Assembly: GCA_036490235.1 (NCBI GenBank)
Contig: DASXEG010000134.1
Location: 9,835 to 73,834, forward strand
DNA: 64,000 bases
Direction: 5' to 3'
Origin: Candidatus Sulfotelmatobacter sp.
GTDB lineage: Bacteria > Acidobacteriota > Terriglobia > Terriglobales > Acidobacteriaceae
Under the pieces are notes generated by a model, which saw nothing but the letters and a program-made list of their open reading frames with translations, was not told where the DNA came from and ran no database searches. Below, one piece after another: positions 20,140 through 30,127 of the stretch. Positions within the stretch are counted from its first letter, which is position 1; each line of letters begins with the position of its first letter. The position numbers and the translations under genes are program-made.

Positions 20140-21123
20140 ATGAAACGATTCGCAATGGTCGCTATTGGCTTCGCTATCGCAGCTTCGGCTTGGGGCCAGG
20201 CGCCCGAAACTGCCGCTCCGCAAACCGCCCGTCAGGCGCTGATCGAAATGCTTTTCAGCAAGAACCCCGGCACCTTCATGAAACACTTGCCGGAGGCCAC
20301 ACTCGCGGCGATCGCGAAGTCGGGAGCGCTCACCAGCTTGCAGGGATACTCAATGTTGGCTACTCAATTTCAAAATGAGGCTCAACGGAAGTCCTTCCAG
20401 ACCTTCGAGACCGGGCCTGTGCTCATGACCGGCGTGAGCCAACAGTCGGGCGATAAGTACGATGTTATCGTCGACAACGATTCCATCCAGGGAGATACCG
20501 ACAACATCACAATTTCCTTTCATACCTACAAAGGCGAGCAACTGCAACGCACACCCTACATGCCCACGCTCACGCTGGCGATGAAGCAGGAATCCGGGGT
20601 GTGGAAATTGGACGTAGTGTCCGTCACGATCAGCGTTCCATTAGCCGATCCCGACTTCCTTAACAGAATTACAGAAGGAATGGCGAAGGCCCAGTCGCAC
20701 GCTGCAACTGCCCTGCTCTCTCAGCCGCAGGCGCGTGTTTCGGTCACCAGCTTCGGCTCAGATACTCAAGTCCTCTCCGCGATGCGTACCATTCTCGCCG
20801 CGGAATCCGCCTACAGCACAACCTATACCTCCGTTGGTTATACCTGCACGCTTTCTGATCTGGATGGTTTTGGAGCGGCTGACCGCAACGAGCATCAAGC
20901 GATGTTGATTCCGAGCGATCTGGCGGGTGGGCGAAGATACGGATACAGCTTCACGCTTTCGGGATGCACCGGCAATCCGGCCAGCGGTTTCGAAATCACC
21001 GCAACTCCTGCCGGAAGTTCGTTTGGGCGTCGCACTTATTGCGCCGATCAGGCCGGGACGATTCGCTACTCGAATGACGGTAATCCTGCCACCTGCCTGG
21101 CAAGCGGTTTACCGCAGCAGTAA
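20140..21123 (+). CDS. Secreted hypothetical protein with C-terminal pilin-globular-like domain
   Basis: The signal peptide is MKRFAMVAIGFAIAASAWGQA. The C-terminal 120 aa (VLSAMRTILAAESAYSTTYTSVGYTCTLSDLDG...MLIPSDLAGGRRYGYSFTLSGC) resemble the head domain of acidobacterial type IV pilin-like proteins. The N-terminal pilin helix is absent. Confidence 0.55.
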   Translation: MKRFAMVAIGFAIAASAWGQAPETAAPQTARQALIEMLFSKNPGTFMKHLPEATLAAIAKSGALTSLQGYSMLATQFQNEAQRKSFQTFETGPVLMTGVSQQSGDKYDVIVDNDSIQGDTDNITISFHTYKGEQLQRTPYMPTLTLAMKQESGVWKLDVVSVTISVPLADPDFLNRITEGMAKAQSHAATALLSQPQARVSVTSFGSDTQVLSAMRTILAAESAYSTTYTSVGYTCTLSDLDGFGAADRNEHQAMLIPSDLAGGRRYGYSFTLSGCTGNPASGFEITATPAGSSFGRRTYCADQAGTIRYSNDGNPATCLASGLPQQ

Positions 21124-21141
21124 GAATTGTTCGCCGTGAAA

Positions 21142-22155
21142 CTAGCGAGCCACCTGGGGGCCTTTCCCCAAGCTTCTTCCCGCGCTTTTTTCAGAACGAA
21201 CCGCCGCGCGCAATTCATTCACAATTTCCCGCGACGCTTTGATCGCCGCAGCATGTTGATTCACCTTGAACGAAATCGCGCCCACGCGCGCATGTCCGCC
21301 CCCGCCGTAGCGCTCGCAAATTTTCGCCAAATTGACCACCGGCTCTTCCGGCGCCCATGGATTCGACCCCACCGACACCTTGACGCGAAAGCTGCTCTTG
21401 CTTAGCCCTACGCTGTAGATCGACTCGGGATGCAGGTAATAAGGAACGAACTTGTTGTAGCCCTCGAGATCCTGATCCGTAATATCGAAGAAAATCGTGC
21501 CGTCAACACACTCGGTTCGCTGCCGCAAAATCTCAATCGAAATTTCGTGCCGCCTCAATAGCGGCGGCAAAAGCGGCGCCACAAAAGGTTCTTCCAGAAT
21601 CGCCCCAAGCGGCTTCGTAGCCAAGAGCGGAATCAAATTTGGAACGAATCCATGATCCGGCGCGGATTCAATCACCATCGCCAGCTTCATCGCCGGCGCT
21701 TGCATTTCAACCGCGTTCTTCGCATCCGGATACAGGGCACCATCAATCACATCGGTCCAGTGCACAAGATCGGCAACGGGCGCGGGATCGAAGCCGAAGC
21801 GCTGCTGCCCGATCATCGCGATGAAACTCGTACACGATTTGAACGCCGGATCGTAGAACTTGCGGTTGCTCTCGTCGTGTTCGAAGTGTTCCGCATCGGC
21901 CGGAGAAAGAAACGCGCTCTCGTGGTGATCGAACCACCAGGTAATTTTCGGGGAGCTGGAATATTTGAAATCGACAATCGCATTCTCATCGCCGGTAAAA
22001 TGCGATTCGTCAAACAGCGCACCGGCACGATGCACCAGGCCGGAGAACTCGAATTCGACGTTGTTGCGGATGCGCTCACGGTAAAAACGTGCAAACAGCG
22101 CCGCCGACGATGCTCCATCAAAACATTTGTCGTGATAAAAGACTTTAACTTTCAA
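21142..22155 (-). CDS. DHH/DHHA1-family phosphoesterase
   Basis: KVKVFYHDKCFDGASSAA, WWFDHHESAF (DHH) and a C-terminal GGGGHARVGA (DHHA1 GGGH) are present. The start is probably TTG 22155 (GAGG about 7 nt upstream). The ORF track extends it to 22197. Confidence 0.75.
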   Translation of the reverse strand: MKVKVFYHDKCFDGASSAALFARFYRERIRNNVEFEFSGLVHRAGALFDESHFTGDENAIVDFKYSSSPKITWWFDHHESAFLSPADAEHFEHDESNRKFYDPAFKSCTSFIAMIGQQRFGFDPAPVADLVHWTDVIDGALYPDAKNAVEMQAPAMKLAMVIESAPDHGFVPNLIPLLATKPLGAILEEPFVAPLLPPLLRRHEISIEILRQRTECVDGTIFFDITDQDLEGYNKFVPYYLHPESIYSVGLSKSSFRVKVSVGSNPWAPEEPVVNLAKICERYGGGGHARVGAISFKVNQHAAAIKASREIVNELRAAVRSEKSAGRSLGKGPQVAR

Positions 22156-22351
22156 TCCAAACCTCTGCCCGCAAAATTTCGCCCTTCCCACGCCCACAGG
22201 AGGCGTAGTTTGGCGACAAAGGAAAGCTAATAGGAATGACAGCTTAGACGAGGAAAGTCAAGCGCCGAAATGTTAATTCGTTCAGGCGCACTGCTTCCTT
22301 GAGGTGAAATCAATGCGCATCCAGCGAGGCCCACCGCTTTTGTAGAGGCGC

Positions 22352-22777
22352 TTAAACCTGTTTCTCCGCCATGTCGCCAATCACTGGCAGCTTATACATT
22401 TGTCCCTGGTTGGCCTTAATGACGAGGATCAGCCAGACGATGAACCCACCCAGCCCCACGATCGGCCAAATCAGCACAGTCAGAAAGCCCAAGGGAAAGT
22501 GCAGCACGATGTGCAGCCCGATCCATATTACCCACCACGCGATGTTGAAGAAAATCGACTGCCACGCGTGAAAGCGCACGAACCGGTTGCGGCTGTAAGG
22601 CTCAATCAACAGAAGGACAATCGCCGGGATGATGGTGATATACGCCAGCATTCCAGCAGTATTATCGGCAAGTCCAGGTGCGGTCGTGGCAGCAGCGACG
22701 ACTGGCCTATTACTGCACGCCGGGCATACGCCGGCGCCGTCCGGAATCTGTGCTCCGCACATATTGCAAAACGCCAT
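22352..22777 (-). CDS. Zinc-ribbon plus DUF4870-like membrane protein
   Basis: MAFCNMCGAQIPDGAGVCPAC is a zinc ribbon. It is followed by TM segments with a YSRNRFVRFHAWQS motif typical of DUF4870. The upstream 154 codons in the ORF track overlap the divergent dehydrogenase gene. Confidence 0.7.
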   Translation of the reverse strand: MAFCNMCGAQIPDGAGVCPACSNRPVVAAATTAPGLADNTAGMLAYITIIPAIVLLLIEPYSRNRFVRFHAWQSIFFNIAWWVIWIGLHIVLHFPLGFLTVLIWPIVGLGGFIVWLILVIKANQGQMYKLPVIGDMAEKQV

Positions 22778-22927
22778 TTGACACCCCCAAGCAAAGCGAC
22801 TCTCACCAACGAAATCGCACAACAGTTTACGGGATTTCCGGCGGATGGGATACAAATTTCCAATTTCCCCAAGTATCCTTGTTTCTTCCGCAGTTTCTTC
22901 CGCAAAGCCTCGTAACGGGAGCAAAAC

Positions 22928-23950
22928 ATGAAAGCTGTTCGCATCCACCAATTCGGCGGACCCGAAGTTCTCACCTACGAAGACGTCCCAGACCCGCAGC
23001 CGCGAAAAGACCAGGTCCTGATCCGCGTCTGCGCCTGCGCGCTGAACCATCTCGACGCCTGGGTGCGGAAAGGTCTGCCAGGCGTAAAGCTGCCACACAT
23101 CCTCGGCAGCGATATCGCCGGAGAAATCGTCGAGATCGGCGACTACGTCACGGAATTCCAGACCGGCCAGCACGTGCTCCTCGCACCCATGCATTTTTGC
23201 GGTCACTGCGCGAAGTGCGTAGCCGGTTTGCAAAATCAATGCCTGGAGTTTACGGTGCTGGGAAATGCCGTCGATGGCGGCAATTGCGAACTGATCGCGG
23301 TACCTGCCATGAACGTGATTCCAATCCCCGATTCACTCGATTTCAATCAGGCAGCCAGCGTTCCGCTTGTATTCGTCACCGCCTGGCACATGCTGGTTGG
23401 GCGCGCCGGCATTCGCCCTGGGCAGACGGTGCTCGTCCTTGGCGCTGGCTCAGGCGTAGGCGCGGCAGCCATTCAGATTGCCAAGCTCTTTCACTGTCGC
23501 GTAATCACGACAGCCGGCGATGAGACAAAGCTCGCGAAAGCGCGGGAACTCGGAGCGGATTTCGGAATCAATCACTATCAGCAGAAAATCTCGGAAGAAG
23601 TGCGGAAGTTCACAAACAAAGAAGGCGTCGATATCGTCATCGAACACGTAGGCGCAGCAACATGGGACGAGAGCTTGAAGTCACTAAAGACTGGAGGCAC
23701 GCTCGTAACCTGCGGTGCGACAACGGGATCGAATGTCGGCATCGAACTGCGTCATCTCTTCGCCCGCCAGTTGTCAATTCTTGGTTCATACATGGGAACG
23801 ATGGGCGAACTGTATGAAGTGCTTGGTCATTTATTCGCGGGGCGGCTGAAGCCAGTGGTCGATCGCGTGTTTCCGCTGAAAGACATACGCGCCGCGCATG
23901 AGTATTTGGAGAAAAGCCAGATGTTCGGGAAGATAGTGTTAAACCCCTAG
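22928..23950 (+). CDS. Zinc-binding medium-chain dehydrogenase/reductase (quinone oxidoreductase-like)
   Basis: MKAVRIHQFGGPEVL, CALNHLD, structural-zinc cysteines CGHCAKCVAG..NQC, a Rossmann motif VLVLGAGSGVGAAAIQ, and a C-terminal GKIVLNP are all present. Confidence 0.85.
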   Translation: MKAVRIHQFGGPEVLTYEDVPDPQPRKDQVLIRVCACALNHLDAWVRKGLPGVKLPHILGSDIAGEIVEIGDYVTEFQTGQHVLLAPMHFCGHCAKCVAGLQNQCLEFTVLGNAVDGGNCELIAVPAMNVIPIPDSLDFNQAASVPLVFVTAWHMLVGRAGIRPGQTVLVLGAGSGVGAAAIQIAKLFHCRVITTAGDETKLAKARELGADFGINHYQQKISEEVRKFTNKEGVDIVIEHVGAATWDESLKSLKTGGTLVTCGATTGSNVGIELRHLFARQLSILGSYMGTMGELYEVLGHLFAGRLKPVVDRVFPLKDIRAAHEYLEKSQMFGKIVLNP

Positions 23951-24002
23951 GAACATTCCGGGACGCAGCGAATAGCAGCCCATGAGTCCCTGTTGCCATG
24001 TT

Positions 24003-24278
24003 CTAGGCGGCACGCCCTTGTTTTTCGTGGTACATCCATTCACGGACGAAATCCGGGCATGAGACGATGCCGAATTCACGGCCCTCACCGCCGACCAAAT
24101 ACATCAGCGCGACCCGGTCCAACTCTTCCAGCCTTTCCAGATCGAGGAGAGGCCACAGGGCGCACTCAATCGCCGAGGCTACGAGTTGATCGAGATAGGA
24201 CAGATGGCCTTGCGACAGTGAGCCTGCTACGCGAATGGTGACCGTGGGAGAAATCGGCTTCGAGGTAAGATTGCGCAT
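24003..24278 (-). CDS. Hypothetical small protein (91 aa)
   Basis: The ORF runs from ATG 24278 and its composition is protein-like. I recognise no motif with confidence. Confidence 0.4.
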   Translation of the reverse strand: MRNLTSKPISPTVTIRVAGSLSQGHLSYLDQLVASAIECALWPLLDLERLEELDRVALMYLVGGEGREFGIVSCPDFVREWMYHEKQGRAA

Positions 24279-24450
24279 GGTATTGATTCTCCTAGCTACT
24301 CTCTTATAGATGACGTAACGCTCTTCCAAGAGACGCAGGACGAAGAAATTTCTTGCAAGAAGAGTTGTAAAGGCTGTGTAAAGCAAGGTCCGAGGGTTCC
24401 TAAACACACCACAAAGGAAATGTCTGGATAGGGTTACGAGAAAAGTAAAA

Positions 24451-24558
24451 AGCCAGGCACCGGGAACTCACTGCACACGCAAGAGCCCGTTACCGTTGCT
24501 TCCTTCCGGATCTGGCGGGGTTGGCGAGAGTACGTCGCGTGAGACCGATGCCTGACTC
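24451..24558 (-). ncRNA. ffs: Signal recognition particle RNA (small/4.5S type)
   Basis: The reverse complement contains the SRP domain IV core CCAGAUCCGGAAGGAAGCAAC (compare E. coli GGUCCGGAAGGAAGCAGCC). The termini pair as GUCAGGCAUCGG / CCGGUGCCUGGC. The ends are approximate. Confidence 0.8.
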
Positions 24559-24640
24559 GAATCATTCTAACAAACTGCTTTCCGCTTTCATTGCGAACGA
24601 CTTCCTCGACTTCGGTACACCGAACAGCTTGTGACTTTCG

Positions 24641-26938
24641 GTGCGAGAATTGCTGTCCTGGGACTTCCCTTTTGCACGGCTTTTATCGAACAATAGAAAG
24701 ATCAGGTCCAGAGCAGACTGGTTCTCGACATACCTATTCGTGCCTCAATCCAAAGTACAAACCGAAATCATTCCTTTGCCCCAGGCGATCAAGAAGTACC
24801 TGGATCTCTGCCTCTTTCTCCTTGTGCTGATGGGCTTTGGAACATTGGCCAGTACGGGAGCTTTGGATCTGCCCGCGATCGTGATTACCGGCGCTGCCTT
24901 CGCCTTTCGTGGATATCTTCTCGCCAAGCGAACACGAGTCGTCATCTCTGACCGATGGACTACACCTCTGACGATTCTGTATTGCGTTTTCTATGCCGCG
25001 GATTATCTGCTTCTCTCGCGGGCGTTTCTTCCTGCCACCGTTCACTTGGTGTTGTTTGCAGTGGTGGTGCGCACTTTTTCTTTGCGGCGAGATCGCGATT
25101 ACATCATGCTCGCGGTGTTGTCGTTTTTAATGGTACTGGCCTCCGCTGTGCTGACCGTCGACAGCATGTTTGTGCTCTTCTTTTCCGGCTTCACGCTGCT
25201 GGCTGTGGCGACCTTCGTCTTGATGGAAATGCGGCGGACCGGCCAGTCGGCAAAATTTCTCGCGCGTCATTCGCGAGATGACTATGAACATCGACGAATG
25301 GCTTTTTCGCTGGCGCGGGTCACTCCGCTGCTGGTGTTGATGATTTTGCTGGGTGCGACTGCAATGTTTTTTGTCATGCCGCGGCGTATGTCCGCCGGGT
25401 TCCTGGGTAATTACACCTTCGGTACCGATCTTTCCACCGGCTTCAGTGAGCGAGTGCAATTAGGAAGCATTGGGCAAATTCAGCAGTCGAACGCGGTGGT
25501 CATGCATATTCAGATCGAAGGTGACAAGCGCGGCAAATATGCACTGCACTGGCGCGGCGTGGCGCTGGAAAATTTCGATGGTCGGAATTGGTCGAATCCC
25601 GCAGTCCAATACGGCCTGCAGCCGGAATTCGGCGGCACTTTTCCAGTACCCTGGATGGCGCAAGGTGTTGGACCTGCCAGTCCCGCCTACGCTTCTTCTA
25701 GCGACGAGGTTATCCACTACCGCGTTCTGCTGGAACCGATTGGAACTAACGTCTTTTTTCTTGCTCCTTGGGGACGCCGTATACATGGCGCGTACCGGGC
25801 GATGGCGGTCGATAGCGGTGGCGCAATTTACAACGCGGATGCGAGGCATCCGATTAGCAGCTACGATGCGGAATCAGACATCACCCAGCCGAGCGCAGCG
25901 AACCTGCGGAGCGCGGGAAATAATTTCCCTGCATTCACGGCCCCTTACCTGAAACTTCCGCCACGAATTGACCTACGAATTCCGAGGCTGGCGGCGGAGA
26001 AAGCAGGCTCGGCCTCGAACGAATACGACAAAGCGGTTGCAATCGACCGATACTTGAAAACCAACTATGGATATACCCTGCAGCTGCTGCGCGCGCCGGT
26101 GCCGGATCCGTTGGCTAACTTTCTCTTCGATCGCAAGCAAGGGCACTGCGAATATTTCGCCTCTTCCATGGCGGTGATGTTGCGAACGCTGAAGATCCCC
26201 GCGCGAGTGGTGAACGGGTTTCGCAGCGATGAATTCAATGACATTACAGGTAGTTACATCATCAGGGCGCGGAACGCACATTCGTGGGTGGAAGTTTATT
26301 TCCCGCAATATGGATGGATCACGTTTGACCCTACTCCGGGCGGGCTGGTCGGAACTCCCGAAGGATGGGACCGTGCAATGCTTTATCTGGACGCGGCCCA
26401 GTCGTTCTGGCGCGAGTGGATTATCAGCTACGATGCATCCCATCAATTTGTTTTAGGACAAGCGGCAATGAACACCACGCGCAGTCTTGCCGACCGTGCC
26501 CGTGGGTGGACGCTGACGCGGTACCAGGACCTGCTGAATCTTGCGCGTCGTCAACAAGAGCGTGCAGAACAGGCGCCGATTGGCTGGATTACGGGAATAG
26601 TGGCAGGCTGCGTGTTTCTGATAATGCTGGCGCAGGCAGGTCGCATCGTTCGTGTGATTCGTGTGCGATTGTTGCAGTCGCACCCAGAAAGATCCCCGCA
26701 GGAGGCCGCCACAATCTGGTACGAACGCATGGCGCGGTCGGTTGCAAAACGGGGAGTCAGAAAAACATCGGCTCAGACCCCTAGAGAATTTTTGCATGCC
26801 ATTCACGACACGTCGTTGCGCATAAGAGTGGAGCGCTTTACGTACGTGTATGAATCAGCGCGATTCGGAAATTCGGCAGAGGATGCGCGGCAGTTGAGAG
26901 GTCTGTGCGAAGAGGTGGAATCAGTTTCGAGGAAATGA
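24641..26938 (+). CDS. Transglutaminase-like membrane protein (DUF3488 N-terminal TM domain plus transglutaminase core, TgpA-like)
   Basis: The N-terminus is multi-TM. The transglutaminase core reads QGHCEYFASSMAVMLRTLKIPARVVNGF...AHSWVEVYFPQYGWITFDPTP (Cys-His-Asp). A C-terminal TM and DUF4129-like tail follow. The start is uncertain. Confidence 0.8.
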   Translation: MRELLSWDFPFARLLSNNRKIRSRADWFSTYLFVPQSKVQTEIIPLPQAIKKYLDLCLFLLVLMGFGTLASTGALDLPAIVITGAAFAFRGYLLAKRTRVVISDRWTTPLTILYCVFYAADYLLLSRAFLPATVHLVLFAVVVRTFSLRRDRDYIMLAVLSFLMVLASAVLTVDSMFVLFFSGFTLLAVATFVLMEMRRTGQSAKFLARHSRDDYEHRRMAFSLARVTPLLVLMILLGATAMFFVMPRRMSAGFLGNYTFGTDLSTGFSERVQLGSIGQIQQSNAVVMHIQIEGDKRGKYALHWRGVALENFDGRNWSNPAVQYGLQPEFGGTFPVPWMAQGVGPASPAYASSSDEVIHYRVLLEPIGTNVFFLAPWGRRIHGAYRAMAVDSGGAIYNADARHPISSYDAESDITQPSAANLRSAGNNFPAFTAPYLKLPPRIDLRIPRLAAEKAGSASNEYDKAVAIDRYLKTNYGYTLQLLRAPVPDPLANFLFDRKQGHCEYFASSMAVMLRTLKIPARVVNGFRSDEFNDITGSYIIRARNAHSWVEVYFPQYGWITFDPTPGGLVGTPEGWDRAMLYLDAAQSFWREWIISYDASHQFVLGQAAMNTTRSLADRARGWTLTRYQDLLNLARRQQERAEQAPIGWITGIVAGCVFLIMLAQAGRIVRVIRVRLLQSHPERSPQEAATIWYERMARSVAKRGVRKTSAQTPREFLHAIHDTSLRIRVERFTYVYESARFGNSAEDARQLRGLCEEVESVSRK

Positions 26939-26943
26939 TCCCG

Positions 26944-27597
26944 CTAAAACCGCCATATCACGCCCGCGCCGACGAAATAATTGTGCTGGCGGCTTTCGCC
27001 TGTATCTGCTAGCGGCAAGTCGGGAGCGCCGGACCAGAAGTCACGGCCTTCAGCGCGAATCCCGAAGCTCTTGAAACGCCCGCGAAACGGCATTAGATCA
27101 AGGCCTAAACCGCCCTGTAACACTCCCGATGTGGAGGAGCCACCTGGGTTCGTTCCATAATAGTTCAAGTCTTTATTTTCGCTGAAATGCGCGAACCCGC
27201 CGCCTACGCTAACCCAGAACGAAACTGCAGTTTCAGGAAAGAGATTCAAACGAACCGCCGGCGTTACGAAGATCTGCTGATAATCTTTGGGAACGACATC
27301 GCCACCGGAACCGAGCTTTTCATCCAGGTTGAAGACCGCTGGAACTTCGGCGGAAATTCCGAGAACCGGATTAATTCGTAGACGACGCGCGTAATTCACC
27401 TCGAAGGCATATCCCTTCCCCGAGCGGACAAACGGATTAATGCTTGGCGTGTTTGGACCGTGAACACCCTGATCACTGATGATGGCGCGGACAAACATAC
27501 CACTCAATTCGTTTTTCTCATCCTGCGCAAAGGCCGACAGACTTACGATAACGATCGCAGCGATTGCGACTGAGAGCACGGCCTGTTTCGCAGACAT
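26944..27597 (-). CDS. Outer-membrane beta-barrel protein (OmpW/porin-like)
   Basis: A signal peptide is present (AIVIVSLSAFAQ). The sequence shows an alternating beta-strand pattern and a C-terminal aromatic residue (...GAGVIWRF). Confidence 0.7.
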   Translation of the reverse strand: MSAKQAVLSVAIAAIVIVSLSAFAQDEKNELSGMFVRAIISDQGVHGPNTPSINPFVRSGKGYAFEVNYARRLRINPVLGISAEVPAVFNLDEKLGSGGDVVPKDYQQIFVTPAVRLNLFPETAVSFWVSVGGGFAHFSENKDLNYYGTNPGGSSTSGVLQGGLGLDLMPFRGRFKSFGIRAEGRDFWSGAPDLPLADTGESRQHNYFVGAGVIWRF

Positions 27598-27772
27598 TGT
27601 CCCCCTCCGGAAAGTGGGATCACTTGAATTCTCGGCGGTAATTCAGCCTAGCATGAAGGTCTCGAATTTTGACCTCAGGCATTACCTTTCATGGTGCCCA
27701 AAGTAAGTGCCTGTCCGACCTCCGCCCCCAAAAGCAGCCTTGGTTCGCAGAATGATAAAATCGAAAGATTGC

Positions 27773-29284
27773 ATGGCATCAAAAACCCGCACAATTACAC
27801 CTGACGGCGAAAATACCGCAATATCTGGGCCGGCCACCGATATAAAGACACAAGCCGGTCCGACGGTCGGTTTCGTCAGTTTGGGATGTCCGAAGAACCT
27901 CGTCGATAGTGAAGTCATGATGGGCCTGCTTAGCCGCGCCGGAGCTCGGCTCTCGACCCGCGCCGAAGATGCCGACGTCATCGTCGTGAACACTTGTTCG
28001 TTCATTGAAAGCGCTCAACAGGAATCGGTGAACACGATTCTTGAGATGGCGGAGCACAAGGCATCAGGCCGCGCAAAGAAACTGGTAGTGGCCGGCTGTC
28101 TGGTGGAACGTTACCGGGATGAGATTCGCAAGCGTATTCCAGACGTGGACGCGGTTGTTGGGACAGGCGAATTACAAAAGATTCTGTCGGCCGCCGGCAT
28201 GACGACTCCAACTCCGGCGGCGAGCAATTCTCCCTTTGTCGTTCTTCCTTCGCGGCCCGAGGGAGACGCCCGTGCATTGCAGGGACGATTTTCGCGCGAG
28301 GAGTGGGATGGCGCCGTCGCTGACCTTCCAAATTATTTGTACGACGACGAGACGCCGCGAGTTCTGGCGACGCCGAAGCACACCGCGTACATCAAAATTG
28401 CGGAAGGCTGCGATCACCCGTGCACATTCTGCATTATTCCTCAGCTGCGCGGAAAGTTTCGGTCCCGGCAGTTCGAGTCCGTAATCGCTGAAGCGGAACG
28501 GCTCGCGCGCACCGGCGTTCGCGAGATTACGCTCATCGGCCAGGATACGACCTGTTATGGCGAAGATTTAGGTTTAAAAGATGGCTTGGCCCTGCTGCTT
28601 GAAAAACTGGCGCAGATCGAGGACTTGCGCTGGATCCGTTTTCTCTACGCTTATCCGAACAAGATCACGGACAGGCTGCTGCAAACGATCGCAGCACACG
28701 AAAAGGTCTGTTCATACATGGACGTTCCTCTGCAACACGCCTCCGCCTCGACACTGAAGAGAATGAAGCGCGGCGCGGGAGCCGACGTTTTCCTTCGTTC
28801 GATCGAAAAAATGCGGCGCACCATTCCCGGCCTGACTTTGCGTTCGTCATTCATCGTAGGTTTTCCGGGCGAAACGGAAAAGGAATTCGAGCACCTTTGC
28901 GACTTTGTAAGCGAAGCGCAATTTGACTGGATGGGGACGTTTTCTTACTCGGATCAGGAAGGGGCAGACGCCTACGAACTCGGGGACAAACTTTCATCGC
29001 GCGAGCTTGAGCGCCGGCGCAAGCATTTGATGGAGATTCAGCGGAGAATCAGCCGGAAGAAAAAGAAGGCGCTCGTCGGCCGGGAATTCGATCTGCTGCT
29101 CGAAGGCACATCGGAAGAAACTGATCTCCTGTTGGAGGGTCGCACTTCGATGCACGCCCCGGAAATCGACGGCAAAGTGTTCGTGAATGATTTCCCTTCA
29201 GAAACGACTCCGGAAGCGGGTAATTTCTATCGTTGCGAAATTACAGAAGCGCACGATTACGATCTCGTAGCGAAGATTCTGTAG
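27773..29284 (+). CDS. rimO: Ribosomal protein S12 methylthiotransferase RimO
   Basis: VGFVSLGCPKNLVDSEVMMG matches the RimO N-terminus. NTCSFIE is present, as is the radical-SAM motif CDHPCTFC. A C-terminal TRAM-like domain follows. The alternative start is ATG 27752. Confidence 0.88.
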   Translation: MASKTRTITPDGENTAISGPATDIKTQAGPTVGFVSLGCPKNLVDSEVMMGLLSRAGARLSTRAEDADVIVVNTCSFIESAQQESVNTILEMAEHKASGRAKKLVVAGCLVERYRDEIRKRIPDVDAVVGTGELQKILSAAGMTTPTPAASNSPFVVLPSRPEGDARALQGRFSREEWDGAVADLPNYLYDDETPRVLATPKHTAYIKIAEGCDHPCTFCIIPQLRGKFRSRQFESVIAEAERLARTGVREITLIGQDTTCYGEDLGLKDGLALLLEKLAQIEDLRWIRFLYAYPNKITDRLLQTIAAHEKVCSYMDVPLQHASASTLKRMKRGAGADVFLRSIEKMRRTIPGLTLRSSFIVGFPGETEKEFEHLCDFVSEAQFDWMGTFSYSDQEGADAYELGDKLSSRELERRRKHLMEIQRRISRKKKKALVGREFDLLLEGTSEETDLLLEGRTSMHAPEIDGKVFVNDFPSETTPEAGNFYRCEITEAHDYDLVAKIL

Positions 29285-29324
29285 AGAAACAGCAGACATA
29301 GCTGCAACCAATCAACTTGTTTCC

Positions 29325-29537
29325 ATGGCAGAAAAGCCCATAACCGCTCTCCGCTGCCCGATCTGCAAAAAGGACGTCAAGGCTGGAGACCCGAATTCCC
29401 CATTCTGCAGCGAACGCTGCCGTACGATTGATTTGGGTAAGTGGGCGAGTGGGGCTTATTCGATTCCCTCAGCAGTGCCAGACGAAGAAGAACGGCTGCA
29501 GGAAAATACACCTGGCAGAGAACGGGACGAGGATTAG
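29325..29537 (+). CDS. yacG: DNA gyrase inhibitor YacG (zinc finger)
   Basis: The motif is CPICKK...PFCSERCRTIDLGKWASGAYSIP. Confidence 0.8.
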   Translation: MAEKPITALRCPICKKDVKAGDPNSPFCSERCRTIDLGKWASGAYSIPSAVPDEEERLQENTPGRERDED

Positions 29538-29598
29538 TGAGCCACGAACCGGATCCTATAACAGGGACAGTGCCCCGCAGCAGTGATACTCAAATCGC

Positions 29599-30102
29599 TT
29601 GACTAAACCATCGAAGTCAAAACCCGCCCTCACTTCTTTATGGTCCATGCTTCTTGCCTCTTTCTTCGGCATCGGCCGCCTGCGGCCCGGCCCCGGGACG
29701 TGGGCCTCCGCCGTTACCGTTATTCTGTGGAGCTTCATCGCATACTCGCTCCCTCTCACGGTCAGGCTTCCCGCTGCGATTGGTCTCGTTATTCTGATCA
29801 TTGCAGTCGGCATTCCCGCGGCAACCCAGGTTTCGCGAACATCTGGGATCAAAGATCCGCAATTCGTCGTCATCGATGAAGTTGCGGGCCAACTTGTCGC
29901 ACTCATTGCCGTGCCGCTGGCGTGGAAATCTTTTTTGCTCGCTTTTATCCTTTTTCGCGTTTTCGACATCCTAAAACCCCCACCTGTCCACCAACTCGAA
30001 GCTCTACCGGAAGGCGCAGGCATTGTTCTGGATGATATTGCCGCCGGACTTTACGCATTGGTGATCATGCATCTCTTGCTGCACTTTGGTCTTCTAAGAT
30101 AG
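29599..30102 (+). CDS. pgpA: Phosphatidylglycerophosphatase A
   Basis: FFGIGRLRPGPGTWAS, VVIDEVAGQ, FRVFDILKPPPV and LDDIAAGLYA are PgpA motifs. The start (TTG 29599 or ATG 29647) is uncertain. Confidence 0.8.
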   Translation: MTKPSKSKPALTSLWSMLLASFFGIGRLRPGPGTWASAVTVILWSFIAYSLPLTVRLPAAIGLVILIIAVGIPAATQVSRTSGIKDPQFVVIDEVAGQLVALIAVPLAWKSFLLAFILFRVFDILKPPPVHQLEALPEGAGIVLDDIAAGLYALVIMHLLLHFGLLR

Positions 30103-30127
30103 TGTTCTAACAAGGCAGTGGTTCCTC

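Noticed and set aside
22778-23239. Upstream 154 codons of minus-strand ORF 22352..23239
   Set aside because: They overlap the well-supported divergent dehydrogenase gene (22928..23950). The conserved zinc-ribbon/DUF4870 protein starts at ATG 22777.
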